DNA of 64,000 nt. Origin: a virus. The notes below the pieces were generated by a model. That model was not told the origin of the DNA. It did not search any database and was given only the letters and a program-made list of their open reading frames with translations. The DNA is taken from the IMG/VR virus record IMGVR_UViG_3300047476_001246. One strand, given 5' to 3'. Position numbers and translations under genes: made by a program. Within the stretch, counting starts at the first letter, position 1. Each line of letters starts with the position of its first letter. Shown here in pieces: positions 55,912 through 64,000 of the stretch.

Positions 55912-56147
55912 TTGTTGTTTGAAATTTTATGATGCAAGGTTTGCAAATAGTTTGTCTGGTAATTTAACTTAGATTCTAATCGTCTAATTTTTTCTTCTTG
56001 TTGCTGTACTATGTTTACCAAAGCTTGAAAATCTTGTTTTTGCTCTCGTAGTTTAACTTCGTGCGTCAATAAGTTTGGTCGAGGCGGAGCATCGGGGTTT
56101 ACTGCCCGTTTCTTTTTTGCTTTCATTGCTTTAAAGATATTGCTCAT
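55908..56147 (-). CDS. Hypothetical coiled-coil protein
   Basis: ORF track. Confidence 0.55.
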   Translation of the reverse strand: MSNIFKAMKAKKKRAVNPDAPPRPNLLTHEVKLREQKQDFQALVNIVQQQEEKIRRLESKLNYQTNYLQTLHHKISNNK

Positions 56148-56467
56148 ATGTAGTATTTATCGCTAGGGATGCTAGGAAACTTGATAGCAACTACTTCGGT
56201 ATCTTCTAAATAGTGTGCGCGATATTCCTCTCCGGGCTCACTCATATAGATATCACCAGGTCCAAATTCTTCGCCATTGATTACTATACGTCCTTTGGTA
56301 ATAAGTTGAACTTCGGTAATAACTCGGTGCATATGCGGAGTATCAACTGCACCAGCTGGGTTAGCTTGCCAGCATACCTCAAAATCTTTAGTACGTACTA
56401 CAGCTTCAGGAAAGTCACCAATGAACCATCCTCTAGCCCCTGCTTCACTCAGCCGGAACTTCTTCAT
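56144..56467 (-). CDS. Cupin domain protein
   Basis: GWF.GDF, H.H....E, G.I...PGE and K.PS...DKY. Confidence 0.7.
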   Translation of the reverse strand: MKKFRLSEAGARGWFIGDFPEAVVRTKDFEVCWQANPAGAVDTPHMHRVITEVQLITKGRIVINGEEFGPGDIYMSEPGEEYRAHYLEDTEVVAIKFPSIPSDKYYI

Positions 56468-56825
56468 TGACTTTTTCCTTGTCTAGTTCAGCTTGCATTT
56501 CATCTAGCATTTGATTAAAGTATTCGGGGTCAAGCTTGGACATGACTTCAGTCACGTACTTGTGATACCCTTTAAAGAAATATTTAAACAGTTCATTGAA
56601 ATCTTTATTCCCGTTAAAACTGTTTTTCTCAACAGTTTTGGTACTGAGATTTACAATTACTTTGGCCATTAAGTTATCCTGCGAACGCAAACGAGTGCTG
56701 ATTTGCACTTGTTCATCATATTGATGATTGGCAGGATCTTTCATGTACCCAGGAATATGTGTTTTCTTTGGGTCACGTGGCCGTGTCACATAGTGTGCCA
56801 CTAGATAAATGTTTTGTTTTTTCAT
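56445..56825 (-). CDS. Hypothetical protein
   Basis: ORF track. Confidence 0.6.
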   Translation of the reverse strand: MKKQNIYLVAHYVTRPRDPKKTHIPGYMKDPANHQYDEQVQISTRLRSQDNLMAKVIVNLSTKTVEKNSFNGNKDFNELFKYFFKGYHKYVTEVMSKLDPEYFNQMLDEMQAELDKEKVNEEVPAE

Positions 56826-57745
56826 GATATTTGAGAAAGTTCTACTAGAGTTGCTGAAAGGTTGATTTCGTGGTCTGCCACTAACGAATGAGTTGCTGCA
56901 CCTTTGCGAATAATTTTAATTGCTTCGTCTTGTCCTTCTACAGTCTCAGACCATAGATCAAGATTTTGATGCATCCAAGTAAACAAGCCTTCGCATTCGT
57001 CGGCAGCAGTGTGTGAACAAAGCAGAGTTCTTGCTTCTCTAACTTTGCCTTTTTTAAACAGTTCAACTGCTTCTAGTTTGTAATCTGAAGTACCAGCAGC
57101 ACTTGAGTTTTTAGAAATGTTTAAGGTACCGCCGATGCTGTTGGCTTGTAGCAATTTCAAACAGTTGCGAAGATCAGGATACGTTGCTTTGACATAGCTG
57201 TCCAAAGTATCTAGATCAAATTCGACACCTTCGGTTATTAACACTGTTGCTGCACGACTGGTAAATTCAGTTTGGTCAGTTTTGTCAATGACAAATTGAG
57301 TGCATCGACTTTTCAGTGGGTTGATAATCTTGTGTGCAATGTTGGCAGTAAGAATAAATCTAGCCTGACTTTGATAAGTTTCCATCAAGCCACGCAAGAT
57401 AGCCTGTGCGTTATGACTCAAATAGTCTGCTTCGTCTAGCAGCACGATCTTTAAATCGCCAAACGGCATGGTGCTAACAAAGCCTTCAATTTTGGTTTTC
57501 AGAAAATCTACACCGTTGTCACGACTGGCGTTGACTTGTAAGAAATCATACGGATCAATGCCCAACTCATTCACAAGTATCTTGGCCAGTGTAGTTTTAC
57601 CTGTACCTGCTGGCCCTGTGAGCAGCAGATGTGGTACACTTTTTTCTTTTACAAAGTATTCAATTTGTTCTCGTTGGGCAGGGTCAGTAAACACATATCC
57701 ATCTAAGGATTGTGGTCGATATTTTTCAGTCCAAAGTTCTTTCAT
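56822..57745 (-). CDS. Clamp loader ATPase subunit (gp44/RFC-like)
   Basis: LW.EKYRP, GPAGTGKTT, NAS, LDEAD and SRC. Confidence 0.93.
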   Translation of the reverse strand: MKELWTEKYRPQSLDGYVFTDPAQREQIEYFVKEKSVPHLLLTGPAGTGKTTLAKILVNELGIDPYDFLQVNASRDNGVDFLKTKIEGFVSTMPFGDLKIVLLDEADYLSHNAQAILRGLMETYQSQARFILTANIAHKIINPLKSRCTQFVIDKTDQTEFTSRAATVLITEGVEFDLDTLDSYVKATYPDLRNCLKLLQANSIGGTLNISKNSSAAGTSDYKLEAVELFKKGKVREARTLLCSHTAADECEGLFTWMHQNLDLWSETVEGQDEAIKIIRKGAATHSLVADHEINLSATLVELSQIS

Positions 57746-58533
57746 AGATTATCTCGATGTATACAGATTAAATCCTCGCTACGAATGCTAGGATCTGCTT
57801 CTTTCATTGTGTCAGGGTAAAATGCAACATATCCGGCTTGGTCAATTACTCGGAATAGTTCGTCTGTGTCGGCTTGTGAATATGCAACGAACCATTCAGT
57901 AAACAACACAGGTTTATATTTTACTAAAATATCGCGCGAACTCCTAATGATTTCTATATCATGTCCTTCCGTATCTGTTTTAATAAACCCAATCTTGCTC
58001 ATTTCTTCTGGGCTGAGATATTTTTTGCACATGTCTTCCAAAGTCATTCCGCTTACTGTAATGCTTTCGCCGCTCATTCCGGCCACTCTTGCTGCGGTTT
58101 CAGCGTCCCATGTCTCACCGACCAGACCACCGTTGCACATGCTGTTTTGATGATCTTTAAAAGTAAGGTTGTCCGCAGTTTTGTTTGTGACTGCTTCATG
58201 AGCAATAACAAAACGCCCTAGGTGACTATTGACACCGCAATTGAATTCTAGATAAGGACTGATAACAGGATTAGGCTCTACAGATAAAACTGTGGCTCTG
58301 CATCGACTCATCATTGGTATAGCAGTGTCTCCCGAATGCCCACCAATATCAATGCAGGTCATGCCAGGTTTGATCCACAGTTTCCAATAGTTCTTTTCAA
58401 TGTAGTAGTCGTAGATGGTTTTAAAGTCAGGTACCTTTTCTCTGGGGTGATCCATTTCGAACCAATAACAGCTTGCGCCGTCGTCTAAGTCAAGTTTATA
58501 CCCATTGCGTAATTTGATAGATGTCTGATTCAT
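57742..58533 (-). CDS. FkbM-family methyltransferase
   Basis: IDIG...G, VEPNP, IKTDTEG.D and P....E. Confidence 0.8.
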   Translation of the reverse strand: MNQTSIKLRNGYKLDLDDGASCYWFEMDHPREKVPDFKTIYDYYIEKNYWKLWIKPGMTCIDIGGHSGDTAIPMMSRCRATVLSVEPNPVISPYLEFNCGVNSHLGRFVIAHEAVTNKTADNLTFKDHQNSMCNGGLVGETWDAETAARVAGMSGESITVSGMTLEDMCKKYLSPEEMSKIGFIKTDTEGHDIEIIRSSRDILVKYKPVLFTEWFVAYSQADTDELFRVIDQAGYVAFYPDTMKEADPSIRSEDLICIHRDNL

Positions 58534-58760
58534 TTTGAAATAATTTTCCAGGTCTTTTCTTTAGCACGTTCTTCTAGCCATTCTTGCTCTACAGAATAAG
58601 TGGGAGCATTGGCTAGTATATCGTCTAAAATAAATTTGATTGTGTATAGATCTTGTTTGCAACCCCAGGTCACAAAACCGTCCATGCGTGGATCATTCAT
58701 TGCATGGCCGCAGGAATGCAGTTGATTAACTATGTTCTCAACATTCCAATGTTTAATCAT
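58530..58760 (-). CDS. Hypothetical protein
   Basis: ORF track. Confidence 0.55.
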   Translation of the reverse strand: MIKHWNVENIVNQLHSCGHAMNDPRMDGFVTWGCKQDLYTIKFILDDILANAPTYSVEQEWLEERAKEKTWKIISK

Positions 58761-59179
58761 TCGTATTGTTCGCGACTTTTGCGTTCGGCGTGTACCGCGG
58801 TTGAAATGGTGTTTATGTCGTCCGGTTTTGTGTCTGTGGCAAAAATAATTGCGTTAGGATCCGCACGACGTATGACGATTTCTTCTCCGTCTTTAACAAT
58901 TCTAAGACCGCGGCTCCATCTTCCGTGTTCAACAAGCACCCATTGACCCACACCAACGTCGCGTTGTTCTGGCCCAATAGCATATACTCTTGCCCATCGC
59001 GGACGAATACCGTCTGTTTTACCGTCGTCACCAAGTAATATTACTCCACTAGCTAATTGTCTACCACTAAAGTCCATTTCCGTGACAATAACACTGTCAC
59101 GCAATGGTCTGATTTCGCCGTCAATTTCTATTTCAAATTGATAGCCACGTTTCTGATCAAACGGATTACTAACTGCCAT
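58757..59179 (-). CDS. groES: GroES-like co-chaperonin
   Basis: IRPL.D.VIV, SGVIL mobile loop, V.AIGP and V.VG..V. Confidence 0.8.
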   Translation of the reverse strand: MAVSNPFDQKRGYQFEIEIDGEIRPLRDSVIVTEMDFSGRQLASGVILLGDDGKTDGIRPRWARVYAIGPEQRDVGVGQWVLVEHGRWSRGLRIVKDGEEIVIRRADPNAIIFATDTKPDDINTISTAVHAERKSREQYE

Positions 59180-59188
59180 TTATACTCC

Positions 59189-59599
59189 TTAAATTCTTGA
59201 CGGGCCCGAACGTTTTACTGCGGGCTTCTCAGCTGGTTGATTTTTTGCTACTGAATCTGCTAAACTGCCACGCAACTTTGGTTGTACTGGTTGCGCTGGC
59301 TGTACAGCGACTTCTTGGGGTTCTTCCACTGCTGGTTCCACCCAATCGTCGACTAAATCTTTTTTGACTTCTCTGCGTCGTGGCTGTGGAGGCTCGTCAA
59401 CTGCCAATGGTGTATTTAATTTATAATGGTCTTGCATAATTTTGTCTCTAGTAAGTTCGACTTTTCCACCAGGTCCCAATTGATCGCCACGTGCATTTAC
59501 TTTCATATTACCAACAGCAATTGTGCTTTCATTTTGAGCGATGATTGCATCAATATTGATTCTCTTACCGTTTGCTGTGGTATAAACTCTTTTGTTCAT
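59189..59599 (-). CDS. Hypothetical protein
   Basis: AVGNM.VNARGD.LG..G; late promoter plus AGGAGA RBS. Confidence 0.65.
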   Translation of the reverse strand: MNKRVYTTANGKRINIDAIIAQNESTIAVGNMKVNARGDQLGPGGKVELTRDKIMQDHYKLNTPLAVDEPPQPRRREVKKDLVDDWVEPAVEEPQEVAVQPAQPVQPKLRGSLADSVAKNQPAEKPAVKRSGPSRI

Positions 59600-59621
59600 T
59601 GATATCTCCTTGTGCGGGTAT

Positions 59622-60134
59622 TTATCGTAGGAATTCTTCTACATCTAAATCGTAATACATGCTGTTAATCCTATGCACTCCCAGCAAGTACAACACATAA
59701 CTGGCCACACTAGATCCTCGACCTACACCCCATAATATATTGTTTGCTCTCCAGGTATCAACAATGTATTTCAATTGTTTGAGCAGCAAAAATAAATCTC
59801 TTTCTTGATACAACAATAATTCCTTGCCTACTCGCTGTAATTCTTCTTGAGTTTGACATCGATCTAATAGCCATTGTGCTATATCCATGTTGCGATATTC
59901 TTCGGGCATTGACCATTGATCTTGATTTTTTCTATCAAACTGTTCGACAGAAATATCTTGATTAGTATATTGTGCCAAGACAGGTAAATCTACATAAAAA
60001 TCACGAACAGAGTTGTTGTATTTGTACGAATCAGTGACCGAAATCTTGGCTATATCTAAATTGGGATTTTGATACAATAGCTCACACAATTCATTTGTAG
60101 ATGTGTATGCAACACCCAGTTTATCGTAGTTCAT
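59622..60134 (-). CDS. Stand-alone fragment of DNA polymerase III alpha subunit (DnaE palm N-terminal part)
   Basis: R...EL, GVGRGSSVASYVLYLLGV..I....Y.L....FL. Confidence 0.8.
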   Translation of the reverse strand: MNYDKLGVAYTSTNELCELLYQNPNLDIAKISVTDSYKYNNSVRDFYVDLPVLAQYTNQDISVEQFDRKNQDQWSMPEEYRNMDIAQWLLDRCQTQEELQRVGKELLLYQERDLFLLLKQLKYIVDTWRANNILWGVGRGSSVASYVLYLLGVHRINSMYYDLDVEEFLR

Positions 60135-60370
60135 TTTTTAATATCTATTAGATCTTTGAACTTGTCGTTCTTTGATTCCATCTCTGCCATTAGTTTTCTA
60201 TTACGAGTGTCCATCTCGTGTTTGTAATTTTCAATGATCATTTGCATTTGAGGAATTACACTAGTTGGACCAAATCTGTATGCTTGATTCATTTTGGTCA
60301 TTAACTCGTTGTACTTTTTGTGCAACTCTTCATTTGAAAGATCAGTTAAATTAGGAACAAGTGGGTGCAT
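60131..60370 (-). CDS. Hypothetical protein (start MHPLVP)
   Basis: AGGAGA RBS before ATG 60370. Confidence 0.6.
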   Translation of the reverse strand: MHPLVPNLTDLSNEELHKKYNELMTKMNQAYRFGPTSVIPQMQMIIENYKHEMDTRNRKLMAEMESKNDKFKDLIDIKK

Positions 60371-60443
60371 GATTTCTCCTTGATAAAAATTGGGCCAATT
60401 TAACAAATTTAAAGGTGGAAACCAATCAACCCATCCTTGCATT

Positions 60444-60878
60444 TTACAAATCTCCGGCCTGTCTGTGTTCTGAATAATGTACATCAAACTCGCCACTGGG
60501 GTAGCGGGCTTTTAATTTATTTACGTTTTCTTCTACTACATCATCTGGATTTAACCCTAGTGCCCGGCAGGCATTGATCCAGTACCACATAACATCACCC
60601 AGTTCACGCTTCATATGGAATACGTTTTCTTCGGTAAGTGGCTTACCTTGAAAGAAAATCTTTTTGGGGATTTCACAGAACTCGCCAGTTTCGGCAGCAA
60701 GTCCCAGTGCAGCAGTTAGCAACAATGGCACATTGATGTCTGGTCCATGGGTGTCTGTTTCGTGATTGAAATTGCCATCTAGTTCATCCAAACGATTCAT
60801 AAAGGTAGTCAAATCGTTTGATGGTTTACTGGTCACAGCCGCTACAAATTGCTCATATCGTTTTAAGTCTACGGTCAT
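60444..60878 (-). CDS. mazG: MazG-like NTP pyrophosphohydrolase
   Basis: GL..E.GE..E..KK, ELGDV.WY and N..KL..RY. Confidence 0.88.
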   Translation of the reverse strand: MTVDLKRYEQFVAAVTSKPSNDLTTFMNRLDELDGNFNHETDTHGPDINVPLLLTAALGLAAETGEFCEIPKKIFFQGKPLTEENVFHMKRELGDVMWYWINACRALGLNPDDVVEENVNKLKARYPSGEFDVHYSEHRQAGDL

Positions 60879-60883
60879 AAAAA

Positions 60884-60928
60884 ACTCCTAGTTTGCATAA
60901 TTATACGTTATGCAATGCTAGGAGTCAA
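60884..60928 (-). promoter_or_regulatory. Sigma70 promoter embedded in a long inverted repeat that also covers the mazG RBS
   Basis: TTGACT-17-TATAAT; ACTCCTAG/CTAGGAGT and TTGCATAA/TTATGCAA arms. Confidence 0.7.
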
Positions 60929-60944
60929 CGATTTTATAAATTTT

Positions 60945-62027
60945 TTAAACTTTAAACCATCGTGCAACAGATGCGCTGTACATCAATTTGATTGCAGCCG
61001 AATTAGTTAAACTGGCTGATGCCGACCAATTGTTGGCCAATCCATAAACTGATGTGACTCCAGGAGTCATGTTCGAAACAAAACAGCTGGTAATTGGTGT
61101 CATTGACACAATGTCTAACATTCTTCCGTCTTCGACAGAATTTGGTAATGTGATAAACAAATTGGCAACTGTTCCAGTTGGTGAGCAGTTAGCAATAAAT
61201 CTGTTATAGTCAACATTCGCAAATAAATTTTGATCAGTGACCACATTGGCAATAAAATAGTCAGGGTTGATAATACCACTGTTAATAATTAAATTGCCGT
61301 TTACAAATACGTTTCCTGCTACACCAACTCCACCTTTGACCACTAATGCTCCTGTTGTGGCCGAGGTACTTGTTGTGGTTGAATTGGCAACTAGATTGCC
61401 GCCAGAAACAGTAAGCCCGCTAAAATGATACGCTCTATTTCTAGTTAGATCTTTGATTGCAATTGTGGTTCCGTAATCAACAGTGCTGAACTCAAAGAAG
61501 TAATCAGTAGCATTGCCTAATTCTACGGAATTGAATGTAATAGTGTTTGAACTGAGTCCAGCAATGGTGTCCTTGTCGCCTAATGCCACTGCACTTGGTA
61601 CAGTTAAAGTATACGACGGATTGTTAACACTTACCCAAAGTGTCACTTTGGCGTTTTGATTGGCTGCATTACTTGGAAAGTTAAACGATAGAGTGGTAGC
61701 ACCTGCTAGTGTAATTTTTTGGAAATTACCGTTGGCAAAATCAACAGTGATAGCTCCACTTACAGCACCAATGTTGTTGTAAGTTTCTCTATATCCAGTA
61801 AAACTAGCACCTACAATAGCATTACCTAACAAATCATTTTCTAGTGTGGTGTTGCTTAATGCAGACTTAAAGACTGCTTTGTTTTGCATGTCTTCAATTT
61901 CTGCTTTAACATATGTAAAATTATTACGAATGTTGGTAAAATTGTCACGGAAACCCTGACTGTCGTTGTCCTGTCCGGCAACGGGATATGTACCATCAAT
62001 ATTATTTGGATTAACTTGGCTTGTCAT
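60945..62027 (-). CDS. Virion structural (tail/baseplate-associated) protein
   Basis: YPVAG.DNDSQGFRDNF..I N-terminus, TGALVV.GGVG fibre motif, rich in N/T/S. Confidence 0.65.
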   Translation of the reverse strand: MTSQVNPNNIDGTYPVAGQDNDSQGFRDNFTNIRNNFTYVKAEIEDMQNKAVFKSALSNTTLENDLLGNAIVGASFTGYRETYNNIGAVSGAITVDFANGNFQKITLAGATTLSFNFPSNAANQNAKVTLWVSVNNPSYTLTVPSAVALGDKDTIAGLSSNTITFNSVELGNATDYFFEFSTVDYGTTIAIKDLTRNRAYHFSGLTVSGGNLVANSTTTSTSATTGALVVKGGVGVAGNVFVNGNLIINSGIINPDYFIANVVTDQNLFANVDYNRFIANCSPTGTVANLFITLPNSVEDGRMLDIVSMTPITSCFVSNMTPGVTSVYGLANNWSASASLTNSAAIKLMYSASVARWFKV

Positions 62028-64000
62028 TTATACGAATACTCCATTTTGTGGGAACTTGATATATTTATCCTCAGATTCTGGAATGATATATTTGTCTCTG
62101 TTATTACTGAAGGCTGTACCACCGCGTACACCACCTTTTCCTGGATCACCTTCGCGACACTGACAACTGCCCCCATCAAACGTTGTTTCTTCGCTGGCTA
62201 ACGAACCTGTAAATATTCGGTATCTTGGAACCACTTCCCCTGCAGATTGTCTATATTGCAAGGTACTTGAAGGGTAGCTTTTACCGGTTCTAACTTTGAC
62301 TGTCTGGGCTAGATTACACTCGTTTTGGAATTCTAGCTTGATTTCGAAGTCGTCGCCCTGATCAAATCTTGAATATGCAAATCCTGGACTGGCTTCATCA
62401 AACCCCACAGTTGGGTTGTCAAAGCCCAGCGGGACCAATGGTTCCCAGGTCAGTTGCCATACTCCGCCGCGTTGATTGATTTTGCTCAATCCGGATAATT
62501 TATCAAGATATCCAGGAACAGTAGTTATTCCGTCAGTTAGTATCCAACCATCATTGACGTACTCTGATCCAAAATTTGCCTGATTTGCAAATATTATCAG
62601 TTCGTTTTCAACAAAATTTGTAATGCCGTCGATCAATCCCAATCGTTTAACATTTCCTACAGTGTTTCCGTTGATCTGACTAAATGGTCCTTGTACAGCA
62701 TAATCCACTCGAGCCGATCCGTCAAACTTGACCACAGCGCCTTGTTGAGCTGTTATGTTGGCAGACAGTACCATTTCAATAGCACGAACGCCGTAATCTG
62801 TTTCGTTTAGAGTCACTGATCTTACCGCTGTGTTAGCACCAATTGACGATAGTGTATCTGTACTGGTACAAATCCATCCGTACCCAATTTTCAAGTTGTC
62901 GGTAATTACAATAGTATTGGAATCAGTGACGCCACCATCAATGACTGTGGCCACAATCACATCGCTACCAACTCCAAGATTGGGATATTTGTCAAATGTG
63001 GTATCTCTACTAGGCAAGAATCTGTTGGTATCTGTGTCGTAAAATTTTGAAAGATAATTATCCCATTGATATCTGTCTACTACAAAATCAATTGAGTTCA
63101 AACTGAATCCGCTGTTCTTTAATCTATACGCAACCAACTTTGACGCTCCGGGTTTGGTATATGCAAGAACCACAGCTCTGGTCAACCCAAGAACACGCCC
63201 GTCTTCTTGTACACTGGTCATCCATCGGGGCAATGCACCTCTGTTGGAATATCCTAATCCTTCTTCCAATCTATTTTGCATGTTGTTGAAACTGTTGGGA
63301 TAGATTGTGCTGTACTCGTTGCTGCCAAATTTAAATTTATTTTTGTTTATTAAATTCACACTCAACGGCGGACCTGCAGTATCAAATTGTTGATTGTCAA
63401 TTACATCAACATAAACAACTTCATAATCAATATTGCCGCTATTGTTGACTGCACGAGCTGTTCTAATATTACCAAAATTCAACGATTTTGTGTAATGATT
63501 CAGTGAGATTGAATTAATTACTGTGCTTGCTTTAGAAGCACTTAGGCCTGGTAAGAATAAAAACTTTAGATTTTTTTGTAATCCAAAGAAAGCATCATCG
63601 GGTCTATACAACAATTCCCTAGGAACAATATTGGTATCTTCTAGTACGTTCTTTAACGCCAATCTTTGTTCTTCTTTTGGTAATGCTTTTAGATATAAAT
63701 TTTCAAACGGAGCAAGGTTGCGCGGTCTGACATGGATTACAAAATTATTAACTGATGATATAGATTTGTCAATTGCCTCGGCTTTTACGCTAAATCTGCA
63801 ATCTTGATCAAAGGTGGTGTTGCCGCCATCAATAACAGTTGAGATAGCATTTGCAATTGTACTGATTACTATAGTGTTTTCGTCGTTGCTAAAGGTCAAC
63901 GGAGATCCTTGCACCACATAAATTGCTGGACGAACTTCGATAGTGTTGTTTTCAAGTATGTCAGTGACTTCACAACCTGCTGCAACACCAACTCCTTGCA
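62028..64000 (-). CDS. Large baseplate-wedge-like structural protein, C-terminal part (starts beyond the window)
   Basis: Long ORF with YEVVY, LP.WM.S.Q, TTFDGG and DKY..FP; frame appears open to the edge. Confidence 0.6.
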   Translation of the reverse strand, partial: QGVGVAAGCEVTDILENNTIEVRPAIYVVQGSPLTFSNDENTIVISTIANAISTVIDGGNTTFDQDCRFSVKAEAIDKSISSVNNFVIHVRPRNLAPFENLYLKALPKEEQRLALKNVLEDTNIVPRELLYRPDDAFFGLQKNLKFLFLPGLSASKASTVINSISLNHYTKSLNFGNIRTARAVNNSGNIDYEVVYVDVIDNQQFDTAGPPLSVNLINKNKFKFGSNEYSTIYPNSFNNMQNRLEEGLGYSNRGALPRWMTSVQEDGRVLGLTRAVVLAYTKPGASKLVAYRLKNSGFSLNSIDFVVDRYQWDNYLSKFYDTDTNRFLPSRDTTFDKYPNLGVGSDVIVATVIDGGVTDSNTIVITDNLKIGYGWICTSTDTLSSIGANTAVRSVTLNETDYGVRAIEMVLSANITAQQGAVVKFDGSARVDYAVQGPFSQINGNTVGNVKRLGLIDGITNFVENELIIFANQANFGSEYVNDGWILTDGITTVPGYLDKLSGLSKINQRGGVWQLTWEPLVPLGFDNPTVGFDEASPGFAYSRFDQGDDFEIKLEFQNECNLAQTVKVRTGKSYPSSTLQYRQSAGEVVPRYRIFTGSLASEETTFDGGSCQCREGDPGKGGVRGGTAFSNNRDKYIIPESEDKYIKFPQNGVFV

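Noticed and set aside
1040-63807. Many plus-strand and nested ORFs in the track (e.g. 4613..5155, 31387..31950, 49323..50015)
   Set aside because: They are shadows of well-supported minus-strand genes, with no RBS or motifs. Only 24250, 53709 and 54446 are accepted on the plus strand.
1-64000. CRISPR array, tRNA genes, integrase or transposase
   Set aside because: No regularly spaced repeats, cloverleaf with T-loop consensus or recombinase motifs were seen by eye; a tRNAscan run would be needed to be certain.
1-64000. Stop-codon reassignment
   Set aside because: Conserved genes are full length in the standard code, and TAA, TGA and TAG all end plausible ORFs.

Overview
This 64 kb window is a densely coded, almost entirely minus-strand segment of a large T4-related (jumbo-type) tailed phage genome. 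A GH19 endolysin plus i-/o-spanins indicates a Gram-negative host. Gene content: nucleotide metabolism (ThyA, DHFR, MazG-like, NT5C, PhoH, PRT); replication (family B polymerase, sliding clamp, clamp loader, RNase H, DsbA-like protein, a stand-alone DnaE fragment); a 7-deazaguanine cluster (FolE, QueD, QueE, a TGT/DpdA-like enzyme and a second T-fold protein with an LxxxHRHxF motif; no QueC in the window) interleaved with sugar-nucleotide and glycosyltransferase genes; chaperones (ClpA, DnaJ, GroES, Dps); a MoxR/VWA early pair; a block of probable capsid-internal polyproteins; a lysis cassette; and the start of the tail/baseplate genes. Most notable observations: (i) two GIY-YIG homing endonuclease cassettes that each inserted into a modification-cluster gene and rebuilt the broken end, leaving the old end as a visible scar; (ii) a possibly new deazaguanine(-sugar) DNA modification route; (iii) a 77-nt three-hairpin intergenic element whose loops match highly conserved rRNA motifs; (iv) modular head proteins with T4-like capsid-targeting N-termini and VAEG junctions conserved at DNA level. 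All calls come from motif recognition by eye; no database searches were run.
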